Assembly: GCA_030836725.1 (NCBI GenBank)
Contig: JAUPLV010000001.1
Coordinates: 1-55,169 of the forward strand
Length of the DNA: 55,169 bases
Direction of reading: 5' to 3'
From: Pseudomonadota bacterium
Lineage (GTDB): Bacteria; Pseudomonadota; Gammaproteobacteria; Burkholderiales; Thiobacillaceae
Of the stretch, positions 9,423-20,590 are shown in pieces; within the stretch, counting starts at the first letter, position 1, and the number at the start of each line of letters is the position of its first letter. The position numbers and the translations under genes were made by a program. The notes under the pieces are model-generated. The model ran no database searches. It was not told where the DNA came from and saw only the letters and a list, made by a program, of their open reading frames with translations.

Positions 9423-11288
9423 ATGTACCTCATTTTTGAAGAGGACGGCCATTTCAAGGCCGGCTCCATCCTGTCCGAAACCGACGCCACGGCGCAGGTG
9501 GAAACCGCATCGGGCAAGCGCAGCAAGATCAAGACGGCGAATATCCTGCTGCGCTTCGCCGCCCCTTCCCCGACCGAGGTGATGCAGCAGGCCGAAAACC
9601 TGGCATCCGACCTCGACGCCGATTTTCTGTGGGAAGCGGCAGGCGCCGACGAGTTCGGCTTCGAGCAACTGGCGCAGGAATATTACGGCCACGCGCCGAC
9701 GCCGCCGGAGTCGGTGGCGCTGCTGCAGAAGCTGCATGCCTCGCCGATTCATTTCCACAAAAGGGGCAAGGGCCGCTACCGGCCCGCCCCGGCCGAAACG
9801 CTGGCGGCGGCCAAGGCCGGGCTGGAGAAAAAGCGGCTGGCGGCGGAACGGCAGGCGCATCTGGCCGCCGAACTGGCGGCCTTCCGCCTGCCGGAGGAAT
9901 ATGCCTCGCTGATTCCGCGCATCCTCATCGCCCCGGACAAGAACACGCTGGAATACAAGGCGCTGGAAGATGCGGCAACGGCCAGCGGTCTGTCGCAGTT
10001 AAGGCTGATCGAGCGCTGCGGCGCGATTCCGTCGACGCTCGACTTCCATCTGGCGACGTTCCTGCTGGAATACTTTCCGCGCGGCGCCGGCTTTGCCGAA
10101 GTCACCGAGCCAAGCGATCCCCCTGAACTGCCGAAGAGCACGGTGCGCGCCTTCTCGATGGACGACGAGGCGACGACCGAGATCGACGATGCGCTGTCGG
10201 TCGAGTGGCGCGACGACGGCAGCGTCCGCGTCGGCATCCACATCGCCGCGCCGGCGCTCGGCATCGCGCCGGGTTCGGAACTCGACCGCGTGGCGCGCGA
10301 GCGGCTGTCGACCGTCTACTACCCCGGCAGCAAGATCACCATGCTGCCGGAGGCGCTGATCCACCATTACACGCTGGGCGAAACCCACGATTGCCCGGCG
10401 CTGTCGCTGTACGTCGACGTGGCGCCCGACCTGCGGGTGCTCGGCACCGAAACCAGACTGGAAATGGTGCACATCGCCGACAACCTGCGCCACGAGACGC
10501 TGGAAGTGCTGTTCAACGACGACACCCTGCGCAACCCGGATGCGCCCGATTACCCGTACCGCCGGGAGCTGGAATGGCTGCGCGACTTTGCCGCGGTGCT
10601 GGAAGCCGGTCGCGGCAAGGCCGACACGGTCGACCGTGTCGACTACAACTTCAAGGTCGACGGCGAACACATCAGCATCGTGCCGCGCAAACGCGGCAGC
10701 CCGATCGACAAGGTGGTGTCCGAACTGATGATTTTCGCCAACGCGTTCTGGGGCGGCTGGCTGGCGGAAAACCGGGTTCCGGGCATCTACCGCGCGCAGT
10801 CCAACGGCAAGACGCGCATGACGACCGCGCCCGATCCGCATGTCGGCCTCGGCGTCGACCAGTATGCCTGGTCGTCGTCACCCCTGCGGCGCTACGTCGA
10901 CCTTGTCAACCAGCGCCAGCTGATCAGTCTGGTTCGGGGCAGCGAGCCTGCATATCCGCCGAGGAGCGAAGCGCTGTTTTCCGTGGTGCGCGAGTTCGAG
11001 CTCGCGTACGACGCCTACAACGAGTTCCAGCGGCGGCTGGAGCGCTACTGGATGTTGCGCTGGATGCTGCAGGAAAACGTCAGCGAAATGACCGCCAGCG
11101 TCATCCGCGAAGATCTGGTGCGCTTCGACAACCTGCCCCTGGTGACGCGCGCGCCTTCGGTGATGGGTGTTGCGCCGGGTTCGAGTGTGCGGCTGGCGAT
11201 TTCCAGAATCGATCTGCTCGACATCGGTTTCCACGCCGAACTCATTGAAATCCTGCCCCAGCCTGACATCGCCGCGGTGCTTCCGTAG
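9423..11288 (+). CDS. RNB-domain exoribonuclease (RNase II/R family)
   Basis: SMDDEATTEIDDALS catalytic motif, VSELMIFAN, SSPLRRYVDL. Confidence 0.9.
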   Translation: MYLIFEEDGHFKAGSILSETDATAQVETASGKRSKIKTANILLRFAAPSPTEVMQQAENLASDLDADFLWEAAGADEFGFEQLAQEYYGHAPTPPESVALLQKLHASPIHFHKRGKGRYRPAPAETLAAAKAGLEKKRLAAERQAHLAAELAAFRLPEEYASLIPRILIAPDKNTLEYKALEDAATASGLSQLRLIERCGAIPSTLDFHLATFLLEYFPRGAGFAEVTEPSDPPELPKSTVRAFSMDDEATTEIDDALSVEWRDDGSVRVGIHIAAPALGIAPGSELDRVARERLSTVYYPGSKITMLPEALIHHYTLGETHDCPALSLYVDVAPDLRVLGTETRLEMVHIADNLRHETLEVLFNDDTLRNPDAPDYPYRRELEWLRDFAAVLEAGRGKADTVDRVDYNFKVDGEHISIVPRKRGSPIDKVVSELMIFANAFWGGWLAENRVPGIYRAQSNGKTRMTTAPDPHVGLGVDQYAWSSSPLRRYVDLVNQRQLISLVRGSEPAYPPRSEALFSVVREFELAYDAYNEFQRRLERYWMLRWMLQENVSEMTASVIREDLVRFDNLPLVTRAPSVMGVAPGSSVRLAISRIDLLDIGFHAELIEILPQPDIAAVLP

Positions 11289-11317
11289 AATAAACCCTGT
11301 CCGATTCTTTCAAGCCT

Positions 11318-12211
11318 ATGGTGTCCGCATCCCCACCCCCTACCCTCGCAGAACCCTCCAGGCAAGGCACGCGTATGGCGCTGGCCCTGCTGGCATCGGC
11401 CGCGGTGCACGGCATGGTGATGTCGACCCAGTTCGTGCAGATCAATCCGCGACTGTTCGAGGACCCCAACCTGCCGATGGAAGTGGTGCTGGTCAACGCC
11501 AAAAGCCTGGATTCGCCGCTCAACCCCGACGCGCTGGCGCAGGTGAACCTGGCGGGCGGCGGCAATACCGACGAAGACCGTCGCCTGAAAAGCCCGTTGC
11601 CTGCCAGCCATAAAACGCAGATCGGTAGCGAGGACACGGCTTCGCATTCGCGCGTGGGTGAACTGGAGAAGCGGGCGAAAGCATTGTTGAGCCAGTTGCA
11701 GCCGAACGCGAAACTGGACAGCCGGCCGCAGGAATCGGCGCCCAGCCCGATGCCGCCCGCCATCGACGCCAGCCAGTTCAACGAGCAGGCGCGCGAAATG
11801 GCGCAGCTGCAGGCGCGCATCTCGCAGGAATGGGACGAATACCAGAAACGCCCAAAACGCGCGTTTGTCGGCGCCAACGTCAAGGAATACGCGTTTGCAC
11901 GCTATGTCGAGGACTGGGTCACCAAGATCGAGCGCGTCGGCAACGTCAACTATCCCGAGGCCGCACGCCGCCAGGGCATCTACGGCAGCCTCAAGCTCAC
12001 CGTATCGATTCACTCCGATGGCCGCATCGAGACGATCGAGGTGAATCGCCCGTCCGGCTCCAAGATTCTGGATACCGCGGCGGTGAAGATCGTCGAACTC
12101 GCCGCGCCCTACGCACCTTTCCCCAGCGACATGCGCAAAAAGACGGACATTCTGTCCATCACCCGAACCTGGACCTTCACCCGCTCGGATCAACTGGTGG
12201 CGACGGAATAA
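11318..12211 (+). CDS. TonB family C-terminal domain protein
   Basis: N-terminal anchor with SxxxH (SAAVH) and C-terminal NYPEAARRQGIYG...SGSKILDTAA. Start may be the ATG at 11375. Confidence 0.8.
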   Translation: MVSASPPPTLAEPSRQGTRMALALLASAAVHGMVMSTQFVQINPRLFEDPNLPMEVVLVNAKSLDSPLNPDALAQVNLAGGGNTDEDRRLKSPLPASHKTQIGSEDTASHSRVGELEKRAKALLSQLQPNAKLDSRPQESAPSPMPPAIDASQFNEQAREMAQLQARISQEWDEYQKRPKRAFVGANVKEYAFARYVEDWVTKIERVGNVNYPEAARRQGIYGSLKLTVSIHSDGRIETIEVNRPSGSKILDTAAVKIVELAAPYAPFPSDMRKKTDILSITRTWTFTRSDQLVATE

Positions 12212-12353
12212 GCGAGCCCCCGCACTCTCGGCCGATCCGTTCGGAAGGAACGGGAACCTTCAAGCTGTCCACGCCCCATTGCCGCGCCCGAAATGATGCT
12301 CCCGCAGGACATGCATAACTTCATGATTCACGGGCAGCGCGCCAGCCGCTTGC

Positions 12354-12394
12354 GGCATCGAAAAAGCCGGGCATTGCCCGGCTTTTTCGATGCC
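12354..12394. terminator. Bidirectional intrinsic terminator
   Basis: Perfect 20-bp inverted repeat GGCATCGAAAAAGCCGGGCA-T-TGCCCGGCTTTTTCGATGCC with A5/T5 tracts, between convergent genes. Confidence 0.88.
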
Positions 12395-12404
12395 TTCCCG
12401 CTGC

Positions 12405-12815
12405 TCAGTGTTCCAGCATTTTGGACAGTCCTTTAGCTTGCTCGATCCATTTGGCCACCTCGGTTTCCGTCGGCGCCTGGCGGGTCAATTTCTTTTCCCG
12501 ATTGACGGTTGCCATCGCCTGGGTGAGATTGGCCGCATTACGCGTGGCGAGTTCAGGCACGGTGTCGACCCCGCTGACTTCGAGCAACTCGGCATACTCG
12601 GAGCCGACGCCATTGATCCGGTAGAGATCGACCATGTTCGCGAACTTCAGCACACGCGCTTCGGACAGTCCGGTTTTTTCCGCCAGAACCTTGCGCTGAC
12701 CGGGTGTGAGCGCGCTTTTCAACAACGCATCCGTATCCTTCACACCGGCGGAGCGAAATTTCTCCCCCAGCACGGGACCGATTCCTTCGACATCTTCAAT
12801 TTTGTAATTTGCCAT
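12405..12815 (-). CDS. DUF4332-like helix-hairpin-helix protein
   Basis: GGAGG RBS before ATG 12815 (MANYKIEDVEGIG). HhH-like EGIG and INGVG...YAELLE.SGVDTVPELATRN. Confidence 0.8.
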   Translation of the reverse strand: MANYKIEDVEGIGPVLGEKFRSAGVKDTDALLKSALTPGQRKVLAEKTGLSEARVLKFANMVDLYRINGVGSEYAELLEVSGVDTVPELATRNAANLTQAMATVNREKKLTRQAPTETEVAKWIEQAKGLSKMLEH

Positions 12816-12924
12816 GCGATTGCCTCCACGTTTTGGATTGGAAATGTGTCGCGCCTGAAATCCCGCTGCACGCAACACACCATATAAGAGTGGCCGCTAC
12901 GCCGAGAAATGCAACGGCAACGCG

Positions 12925-13266
12925 CTAGACCGAAAGAACGACGAATAGTGAAACCCCCACGGCCAGCAGCGACAATGCAATGGCGGCCCCGCACAACACC
13001 GCCGTCCGCCTGAAGCGCGACTCCGCGACGGCCGCGCCCTGTTCGAGCGCGGTCACTGTTTTCTGCAACTGCTCCGCCAGATCCTTCACATGCAGCGCAT
13101 TCTGCGAAGCCGCTGTCTGCAACTCGGTTATCTGCTGCTGCAGGATGCTGGCATGGGCTGCCGCCTCGTCGCTTTTGCGCGTGGTGAAGACCGGCAATGC
13201 CGCCGAAACGATCGGACTGATAAAAGGCAGAATTGCCTTGACCGCGGGAATCAACCAGGCTGCCAT
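12925..13266 (-). CDS. Small hypothetical membrane protein (coiled coil plus C-terminal TM)
   Basis: AGGAGG RBS, 113 aa, heptad-rich middle, hydrophobic C-terminus. Co-oriented downstream of the photolyase. Confidence 0.65.
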   Translation of the reverse strand: MAAWLIPAVKAILPFISPIVSAALPVFTTRKSDEAAAHASILQQQITELQTAASQNALHVKDLAEQLQKTVTALEQGAAVAESRFRRTAVLCGAAIALSLLAVGVSLFVVLSV

Positions 13267-13305
13267 GAAACCTCCTTTTCCGGATGCGGCTCGATGCCGC
13301 GAGCG

Positions 13306-14742
13306 TTACTTTAGCGCAGGCTGCGACGCCCGCCTGAATAGCGCCAGCGCGAGCGGTCTTTGCACGGCGTGATCGACAATCGGCATAGGGTAATCGCGGC
13401 CGATAATGCAGCCGACACGCTGCTGCTCGGCAAGCGGCATCGTCCACGGGGCATGGATGAACCTGTCGGGAACGCCGGCCAGTTCAGGCAGGTAGCGGCG
13501 GATGAACGTTCCCTGCGCGTCGAAGCGTTCGGATTGCGTCACCGGATTGAAGATGCGGAACCACGGCTGCGCGTCGCAGCCGACCGAAGCCGCCCACTGC
13601 CAGCCGCCGCTGTTGGCCGCCAGGTCGAAGTCGAACAGCTTGTCGGCGAAATATTTTTCACCCCACCGCCAATCGACCAGCAGATCCTTGGTCAGGAACG
13701 AAGCCGCCACCATGCGCAGGCGGTTGTGCATGTAGCCGGTACTGTTCAGTTGGCGCATCGCGGCATCGACCAGCGGGTAGCCGGTGCGCGCCACGCGCCA
13801 CGCGGCAAAATGGCCCGGCGGGTTGGGCCACGGCAGCGCATCGTACTGCGCCTTGAAGGCATGACCGGCGGCGACTTCGGGGCGATACCAGAGAACCTGA
13901 TGGTAGAAATCACGCCAGATCAGCTCGGACAGCCAGGTCTGCGCGCCGCGCCCGCCCTGCTGCCAGGCCGCGGCAGCGAGCTGGCGGATCGACACCGTAC
14001 CGAAGCGCAGGTGAACCGACAGGTACGACGGCCCATTTTGTGCGGGGAAATCCCGGGTTTCCCGATAGCGGTCGATGCGCTCCAGGAAATCATCGAACAA
14101 CCGCGCCCCGCCCGACATGCCGGTTGGCAGCTTCAATTCACTCAGGTTGGTGGGCGCGAACCCCAGCTCCGACAGGTCCGGAATCGACGTCGATCGCGCT
14201 TCCAGCCGGCCGGCATGGGCCTCGACCGGATAGGCGCGCAGATGAAACGGCGTCAGCGTTTTCAGCCAGGCATTCTTGTACGGGGTGAAGACGCTGTAAG
14301 GCGTGCCCCCGACTGTGAGCACTTCCTCACGTTCGAAGATCACCGCGTCCTTGCCGTGGTGAACGGCAATGTTGTTGCGCTTCAGCACCGCCTCGACCTC
14401 GGCGTCCCGCGCCAGCGCGGCAGGGTCGTCGTCGTGGTTGAAAAAAACCGCTTCCGCCCCGGTGTCGGCTGCCAATCGCACGATTTCCTCGCGCGCGACG
14501 CCATGCCTGACCATAAGACCGCCTCCCCGTGCCTGCAAGGCCTGCTGCAGTTCGCGGACGCTGGCGTGGATGAACGCGACCCGGCGGTCAGACGGATCGG
14601 GCAACGCATCGAGTATTTCCCGGTCGAAAACGAAGGCGCACACCACCTGGCGGCTGCGCTTCAGCGCATGGTAGAGCGCGGCGTGATCGAAATCACGCAA
14701 GTCGCGGCGAAACCAGACCAGGGCACGGGCGTATTCAGTCAT
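13306..14742 (-). CDS. phrB: Deoxyribodipyrimidine photolyase (class I CPD)
   Basis: LVWFRRDLR start (ATG 14742), [47 protein letters not shown]. Confidence 0.93.
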   Translation of the reverse strand: MTEYARALVWFRRDLRDFDHAALYHALKRSRQVVCAFVFDREILDALPDPSDRRVAFIHASVRELQQALQARGGGLMVRHGVAREEIVRLAADTGAEAVFFNHDDDPAALARDAEVEAVLKRNNIAVHHGKDAVIFEREEVLTVGGTPYSVFTPYKNAWLKTLTPFHLRAYPVEAHAGRLEARSTSIPDLSELGFAPTNLSELKLPTGMSGGARLFDDFLERIDRYRETRDFPAQNGPSYLSVHLRFGTVSIRQLAAAAWQQGGRGAQTWLSELIWRDFYHQVLWYRPEVAAGHAFKAQYDALPWPNPPGHFAAWRVARTGYPLVDAAMRQLNSTGYMHNRLRMVAASFLTKDLLVDWRWGEKYFADKLFDFDLAANSGGWQWAASVGCDAQPWFRIFNPVTQSERFDAQGTFIRRYLPELAGVPDRFIHAPWTMPLAEQQRVGCIIGRDYPMPIVDHAVQRPLALALFRRASQPALK

Positions 14743-14826
14743 GGGCAAGCTGGCCGCTATAGTGAAAACAAAGGCTGCAAAAGAAGTGTTTGCAGGATTT
14801 TGGCAGATTACAATGGGAGGGCAATC

Positions 14827-15384
14827 ATGGATACCGTCAACCTCACCCACCACTTCCTGATCGCCATGCCCGGCATGGTCGATCCCAATTTCAACGGCAC
14901 GCTGACCTACATCTGCGACCACAGCGAGCAGGGTGCGCTGGGCGTGGTCGTCAACCGGCCGATCGAGCTGGATTTGTCGACCCTGTTCGAGCAGATCGGC
15001 CTCAGCCTGCCGGATCGCCTGCACAGGCAGGCCGTTTATTTCGGCGGCCCGGTGCAGACCGAACGGGGGTTTGTGCTGCATATGCCGCCGCACGCCTTCA
15101 GTTCCACCCTCACCGTCAACGACGCGGTCAGCCTCACCACGTCGAAAGACGTGCTGGAGGCCGTCAGCCAGGGAACGGGGCCGGAGAAATTCATGGTGTC
15201 GCTGGGCTATGCGGGCTGGGCGGCCGGCCAGCTGGAAGACGAGATCAAGCAGAACGCCTGGCTGTCGGTGGCCGCCGACCCGCAGGTGATTTTCGACCTG
15301 GCTCCCGAAGACCGCCTGCCCGCCGCGATGAAGCTGCTCGGCATCGACTTCGCCAGCCTGTCAGAAGAAGCCGGGCACGCTTGA
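14827..15384 (+). CDS. yqgE: YqgE/AlgH family protein
   Basis: [50 protein letters not shown] terminus. GGAGG RBS. Confidence 0.93.
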   Translation: MDTVNLTHHFLIAMPGMVDPNFNGTLTYICDHSEQGALGVVVNRPIELDLSTLFEQIGLSLPDRLHRQAVYFGGPVQTERGFVLHMPPHAFSSTLTVNDAVSLTTSKDVLEAVSQGTGPEKFMVSLGYAGWAAGQLEDEIKQNAWLSVAADPQVIFDLAPEDRLPAAMKLLGIDFASLSEEAGHA

Positions 15385-15818
15385 ACCCGGCAGACACCCA
15401 CGGCACGGTGCTGGCCTTCGATCTCGGCCTCAAGCGCACTGGCGTGGCCTCGGGCGAGTTGTCGATCGGCATCGCGCATCCGCTCATGGTCATCCAGGCC
15501 GGCTCCAACGATGAGCGGCTCGCCGCCGTCGCCAGGCTGATCGCCGAATGGCAGCCAGTGCTGCTGGTTCTGGGCCTGCCCACCCACTCCGACGGCAGCG
15601 AGCACGAAATGACACGGGTGGCCAAAAACTTCGCGCGCAAACTAGAATCACGCTTCAGCCTGCCGGTGTTTCTGGTGGACGAACGCCACACCAGCACGGC
15701 GGCCGAGTCCGAACTGCACGCGCGCGGCATCCACGGTAAAAAGAACAAGGCGCTGGCGGACGCCGTCGCAGCCCAACTGATTCTGCAAGGATTTTTTGAT
15801 GAACGCCTCATTGCCTGA
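15381..15818 (+). CDS. ruvX: YqgF/RuvX pre-16S rRNA processing nuclease
   Basis: TTG overlapping the yqgE stop. [37 protein letters not shown]. Confidence 0.9.
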   Translation: MNPADTHGTVLAFDLGLKRTGVASGELSIGIAHPLMVIQAGSNDERLAAVARLIAEWQPVLLVLGLPTHSDGSEHEMTRVAKNFARKLESRFSLPVFLVDERHTSTAAESELHARGIHGKKNKALADAVAAQLILQGFFDERLIA

Positions 15819-16293
15819 AGTCGACCTGCTGATCGGGCGCTTGACCGACGCCATCGCCCCAATTCTCACGCCCGACACCGTCATCGTCGGCATCCACACC
15901 GGCGGCGTGTGGGTGGCCGAGCGCCTGCACGCGGCCCTGCGCTGTCCCCAGCCGCTGGGCGTGCTCGACATCTCGTTCTATCGCGACGATTTCTCGCGCA
16001 TCGGCCTGCACCCTCAGGTGAAGCCGTCCAGCCTGCCGTTCGATCTGGAAGACCGCGCCATCATTCTGGTCGACGATGTGCTGCACACCGGCCGCACGGT
16101 TCGCGCGGCGATGAACGAGCTGTTCGACTACGGTCGTCCCGCATCGATCCGGCTGGCGGTACTGGTCGATCGCGGCGGTCACGAGTTGCCGATCCGCCCC
16201 GATTTCGCCGGCCTGACGATTACCGTGCCCGACCACCAGAACATCAATCTTTCACGGCTGGACGACGGCCACCTGACCCTCACTCTCGCATGA
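15799..16293 (+). CDS. pyrR: PyrR pyrimidine regulatory protein / uracil phosphoribosyltransferase
   Basis: [33 protein letters not shown]. Confidence 0.93.
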   Translation: MNASLPEVDLLIGRLTDAIAPILTPDTVIVGIHTGGVWVAERLHAALRCPQPLGVLDISFYRDDFSRIGLHPQVKPSSLPFDLEDRAIILVDDVLHTGRTVRAAMNELFDYGRPASIRLAVLVDRGGHELPIRPDFAGLTITVPDHQNINLSRLDDGHLTLTLA

Positions 16294-17243
16294 ACCTACA
16301 ACTCACCGCCGATGGCCGCCTGCGCCACCTGCTCACCCTCGACGGGCTGCCGCGCGCCATCCTCACGCACATACTCGACACCGCCGAATCGTTCATGGAC
16401 GTGGGCGAACGCGAGGTGAAGAAAGTCCCGCTGCTGCGCGGAAAATCGATTTTCAACCTGTTCTTCGAGCCGTCGACGCGCACCCGCACCACCTTCGAAA
16501 TCGCCGCCAAAAGACTGTCCGCCGACGTGGTCAATTTCAACATCGCCACGTCCAGCCAGACCAAGGGCGAGGCGATCCTCGACACCGTCGACAATCTCGC
16601 CGCGATGCACGCCGACATGTTCATCGTGCGCCACTCGCAGTCGGGGGCGGCGCACTTCATCGCCCGCCACGTGGCGCCGCACATTTCGGTGGTCAACGCC
16701 GGCGACGGCCGCCACGCGCACCCGACGCAGGGTCTGCTGGACATGTTCACCATCCGCCGCTACAAGGGCGAATTCCACAACCTCACCGTCGCCATCGTCG
16801 GCGACGTCTTGCACTCGCGCGTGGCGCGCTCGCAGATCCACGCGCTCACCACGCTGGGGGTGCCGGAGGTGCGCGTGATCGGCCCGAAGACGCTGCTACC
16901 CACCGGAGTCGAGCAGATGGGCGTCAAGGTATTCCACAACATGGAAGCGGGCCTTGCCGGCTGCGACGTGGTCATCATGCTGCGCCTGCAGAACGAGCGC
17001 ATGAAGGGCGCACTGCTGCCCTCCGCGCAGGAATACTTCAAATTCTTCGGGCTGACGCCGGAAAAGCTCGCGCTGGCCAAGCCCGATGCCATCGTGATGC
17101 ACCCCGGCCCGATGAACCGCGGCGTGGAAATCGATTCCGAGGTGGCGGACGGGCCGCAGTCGGTGATCCTGCCGCAGGTGACCTACGGCATCGCGGTGCG
17201 CATGGCGGTGATGGCTTTGCTCGCGGGGACGGGGAACGCATGA
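16290..17243 (+). CDS. pyrB: Aspartate carbamoyltransferase catalytic subunit
   Basis: ATG 16290 overlapping the pyrR stop. [31 protein letters not shown]. Confidence 0.96.
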   Translation: MNLQLTADGRLRHLLTLDGLPRAILTHILDTAESFMDVGEREVKKVPLLRGKSIFNLFFEPSTRTRTTFEIAAKRLSADVVNFNIATSSQTKGEAILDTVDNLAAMHADMFIVRHSQSGAAHFIARHVAPHISVVNAGDGRHAHPTQGLLDMFTIRRYKGEFHNLTVAIVGDVLHSRVARSQIHALTTLGVPEVRVIGPKTLLPTGVEQMGVKVFHNMEAGLAGCDVVIMLRLQNERMKGALLPSAQEYFKFFGLTPEKLALAKPDAIVMHPGPMNRGVEIDSEVADGPQSVILPQVTYGIAVRMAVMALLAGTGNA

Positions 17244-18520
17244 AAATCCATATCAAGAACGGCCGCGTAATCGATCCGAAGAACGGACGCGACGAAGTTT
17301 CCGACGTGTTCGTGGCAGCGGGCAGGATCGTCGGCAACGGCCGCGCGCCGGCCGATTTCCACGCCAACCGCACGATTGACGCAACCGGCCTCGTCATCTG
17401 CCCCGGCCTGGTCGACCTGTCGGTGCGGCTGCGCGAACCCGGCTTCGAATACCGCGCCACGCTCGAATCCGAGATGCTCGCCGCCGCTTCCGGCGGCGTC
17501 ACCTCGCTGGCCTGCCCGCCCGACACCGATCCGCCGCTGGACGAGCCGGGGCTGGTCGAGATGCTGAAATTCCGGGCCAAAAACCTGCCGGGGCCGCGCG
17601 TCTATCCGATCGGCGCAATGACGCAGAAGCTCGAAGGCATGATGTTGACCGAGATGGCCGAGCTGACCGAAGCGGGCTGCCGCGCGTTCACCCAGGCCGA
17701 CGCGCCGATGACCGACACCCAGGTGCTGCTGCGCGCGATGGAATACGCCGCCACCTTCGGCTTCAGCCTGTGGCTGCGGCCGCAGGATGTGTCGCTGGCC
17801 CGCGGTGGAGTGGCGCACGACGGCGCCGTGGCCTCGCGGCTTGGACTGCCCGGCATCCCCGCGCTGGCCGAGACGGTGGCGCTGGCAACGATTCTGCAGC
17901 TGGTGCGCGAGACCGGCGCCCGCGTGCATCTGGCGCGACTGTCGACGCACGAAGGTGTCGCGATGGTGCGCGCGGCCAAGGCGCAGGGCATGGCGATCAC
18001 CTGCGATGTCGCCAGCACCCACGTGCATCTATCTGAAAACGACCTGTTCGGTTTCGATTCGCACCTGCACCTGGTGCCGCCGCTCAGAAGCGTGCGCGAC
18101 CGCGATGCGCTGCGCGAGGCGCTGCGCGACGGCGCCATCGACGCATTGTGTTCCGACCATACCCCGGTCGACGAGGACGCGAAGCAGGTTCCGTTCGGCG
18201 AATCGGCGCCCGGCGCCTCGGGCGTCGAACTGCTGCTGCCGCTGACGCTGAAATGGGCGCGCGAAATGGGCGTTCCGCTGATGCAGGCGATTGACCTGAT
18301 CTCCCGGAAGCCGGCGCAGATTCTTGGCGTTCCAGGCGGCAATCTGGACATCGGCGGCTACGCCGACCTGTGCATTTTCGACGAGACCGCCGAGTGGATC
18401 GTCAGCGCCAAAACCCTGTCCAGCCAGGGCGGCAACACCCCGTTTCTCAATCATCCGATGCAGGGGCGGGTGCGCTACACGCTGATCGACGGCCACATCG
18501 ATTTTGAAGCCCCGCACTGA
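17240..18520 (+). CDS. pyrC: Dihydroorotase-like protein, probably inactive PyrC' subunit of ATCase
   Basis: Amidohydrolase fold (LREPG, PPLRS, SDHTP), but the Zn-binding DxHxH reads DLSVR. Confidence 0.88.
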   Translation: MKIHIKNGRVIDPKNGRDEVSDVFVAAGRIVGNGRAPADFHANRTIDATGLVICPGLVDLSVRLREPGFEYRATLESEMLAAASGGVTSLACPPDTDPPLDEPGLVEMLKFRAKNLPGPRVYPIGAMTQKLEGMMLTEMAELTEAGCRAFTQADAPMTDTQVLLRAMEYAATFGFSLWLRPQDVSLARGGVAHDGAVASRLGLPGIPALAETVALATILQLVRETGARVHLARLSTHEGVAMVRAAKAQGMAITCDVASTHVHLSENDLFGFDSHLHLVPPLRSVRDRDALREALRDGAIDALCSDHTPVDEDAKQVPFGESAPGASGVELLLPLTLKWAREMGVPLMQAIDLISRKPAQILGVPGGNLDIGGYADLCIFDETAEWIVSAKTLSSQGGNTPFLNHPMQGRVRYTLIDGHIDFEAPH

Positions 18521-18560
18521 GCCGGGCACGGTCAGCCCCGGCAGGTAGACCGCACGCCCC

Positions 18561-20060
18561 ATGCGCCGCGCCTCTTTCCCATTATTGCTGATCAGCCTGG
18601 TCGCCGGCGCACTGGCCGTGGCCGGCTTCGCGCCGTTCGGCCTGTGGCCGCTGCCGATGCTGAGCCTGGCTGCGTTGTTTGCGTTGATGCTGCGTACCCG
18701 CTCCGCCCGTGCCGGTTTCGCCATCGGCCTGTCGTGGGGGCTGGGATTCTTCATTGCCGGAGTGAGCTGGATATACGTCAGCCTGTCCGTGTACGGCGGC
18801 ATGGCGGCATGGCTGGCGGCGCTGGCAACCCTTTTGTTCTGTGCGGTGCTGGCGCTGTTTCCGGCAATCGTCGGCGCGCTGCAGGCGCGCTGGGCCGCCC
18901 CGCCCGCGCTGCGTTTGCTGCTGCTGATTCCGCTGTTGTGGGGCGTGACGGAATGGGTGCGCGGCTGGCTTTTCACCGGCTTCCCCTGGCTGGTGGCGGG
19001 CTATTCGCAGGCGCCGGACAGCCCGCTGGCGGGTTATGCGCCGCTGGTTGGCGTGTATGGCGTGTCGTTTCTGCTGGCACTGGTCGCGGCCCTGCTGGCG
19101 TGGAGCGTGACGACACGCGGTTTGCTGGCGCAGCGCGCCTGGGCGGCGACGGCGATCGTCGCGATGCTCGTCGGCGGGCAGGCCCTGAGCGGCATCGACT
19201 GGACGACACCGGACGGCGCCCCGACCTCGGTGGCGTTGCTGCAGGGCAACATCCCGCAGGACTTGAAATGGGATCCGGAAATCACCCGCACCACCCTCGA
19301 CAGCTATCTGAACATGGCCGCCGCTTCGCCCGCGCAGCTGATCGTGCTGCCCGAAACAGCCCTGCCGCTGTTTGAATCCGATCTCCCCGAAACGGATCGT
19401 GCCGCGCTGGAGTCGATCGGCCGGAAAAATGGCGGCGACGTGCTGAGCGGATTGCCCACCGGCTCACTGTATGGCGCTTATTACAATAGCGTGGTCAGTT
19501 TCGGCAGCGCACCCAGCCAACATTATCACAAAGGTCACCTGGTGCCGTTCGGGGAGTACATTCCCCTGAAGGCGGTCTGGGGCTGGGTGATCGAGGTGCT
19601 GCACATCCCGCTTTCGGATTTTGCACGGGGCGCCGTCGACCAACGGCCCCTCGCCATCGGCGGCCAGCGGGTGGCCGCCAATATCTGCTACGAGGACGTG
19701 TTTGGAGAGGAAATCATCCGCCAACTGCCCGAGGCCAGCGTGCTGGTAAACGTCAGCAATCTGGCATGGTTCGGCGATTCGTTCGCACCCAGGCAACACG
19801 CGCAGATTTCGCAGATGCGCGCGCTGGAAACCGGCCGCATGATGCTGCGCTCCACCAATACCGGAGTCACCGCGATCATCGATGCCAAGGGCCGCATGCT
19901 GGCCAGCCTGCCGCTTTTTACCGCAGGCAGCCTGTCCGGAAAAATCCAGGGATACGCCGGCAGCACGCCCTACGTACGCTGGGGCAACGCGCCGGTGCTG
20001 ATGCTGTGGGGAATATTGGGAATCGGGCTGCTCTGGGCCAGGCTCAGGCAACGGCCCTGA
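18561..20060 (+). CDS. lnt: Apolipoprotein N-acyltransferase
   Basis: TGFPW, QGNIPQ, nitrilase triad LPE / YHKGHLVPFGEYIP / ICYE, NLAWFG, RSTNTG. Confidence 0.95.
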   Translation: MRRASFPLLLISLVAGALAVAGFAPFGLWPLPMLSLAALFALMLRTRSARAGFAIGLSWGLGFFIAGVSWIYVSLSVYGGMAAWLAALATLLFCAVLALFPAIVGALQARWAAPPALRLLLLIPLLWGVTEWVRGWLFTGFPWLVAGYSQAPDSPLAGYAPLVGVYGVSFLLALVAALLAWSVTTRGLLAQRAWAATAIVAMLVGGQALSGIDWTTPDGAPTSVALLQGNIPQDLKWDPEITRTTLDSYLNMAAASPAQLIVLPETALPLFESDLPETDRAALESIGRKNGGDVLSGLPTGSLYGAYYNSVVSFGSAPSQHYHKGHLVPFGEYIPLKAVWGWVIEVLHIPLSDFARGAVDQRPLAIGGQRVAANICYEDVFGEEIIRQLPEASVLVNVSNLAWFGDSFAPRQHAQISQMRALETGRMMLRSTNTGVTAIIDAKGRMLASLPLFTAGSLSGKIQGYAGSTPYVRWGNAPVLMLWGILGIGLLWARLRQRP

Positions 20061-20126
20061 TCCACCTCCTGGCGGCGGCACGCCCGCGACGCTTTTGCGT
20101 GGAAGCGGTGCCCACGCTTCGCGGAA

Positions 20127-20573
20127 CTATTTCCGCCCGGTGCTCCCGAATCCGCCTTCACCGCGTTCGCTCGTGGAGAAGTCCTCCACCACGTTGAACT
20201 CGGCCTGCACCACCGGCACGATGACCAGCTGGGCCAGGCGTTCCATCGGCGCGAGCTCGAATGCCTGCTGGCCGCGGTTCCAGGCGGAAACCATGAGCTG
20301 GCCCTGATAGTCCGAGTCGATCAGGCCCACCAGATTGCCCAGCACGATGCCGTGCTTGTGGCCCAGACCCGAGCGGGGCAGGATCAGCGCCGCATAGCCG
20401 GGATCGGCCAGATGGATGGCCATGCCGGTCGGGATCAGCCGGGTTTCGCCCGGCTCCAGTACCAGCGCCGCATCGATACAGGCGCGCAAATCGAGGCCGG
20501 CGGCGCCAGCGGTGGCGTAATGCGGCATTTGATCGCGCAGGCGCGCGTCGAGAATCTTCACATCCATCTTCAT
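20127..20573 (-). CDS. dut: dUTP diphosphatase
   Basis: [35 protein letters not shown]. Confidence 0.97.
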   Translation of the reverse strand: MKMDVKILDARLRDQMPHYATAGAAGLDLRACIDAALVLEPGETRLIPTGMAIHLADPGYAALILPRSGLGHKHGIVLGNLVGLIDSDYQGQLMVSAWNRGQQAFELAPMERLAQLVIVPVVQAEFNVVEDFSTSERGEGGFGSTGRK

Positions 20574-20590
20574 TTTTCGTCGGGCTCTCG

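Noticed and set aside
12212-12350. Possible 6S RNA or riboswitch in the intergenic region
   Set aside because: No convincing long closing stem or conserved motif, and not the usual genomic context. An Rfam scan would be needed.
13360-15093. Long N-terminal extensions of the phrB and yqgE ORFs (595 and 674 aa in the track)
   Set aside because: These are antisense read-through of each other. Family homology begins at 14742 (minus) and 14827 (plus).
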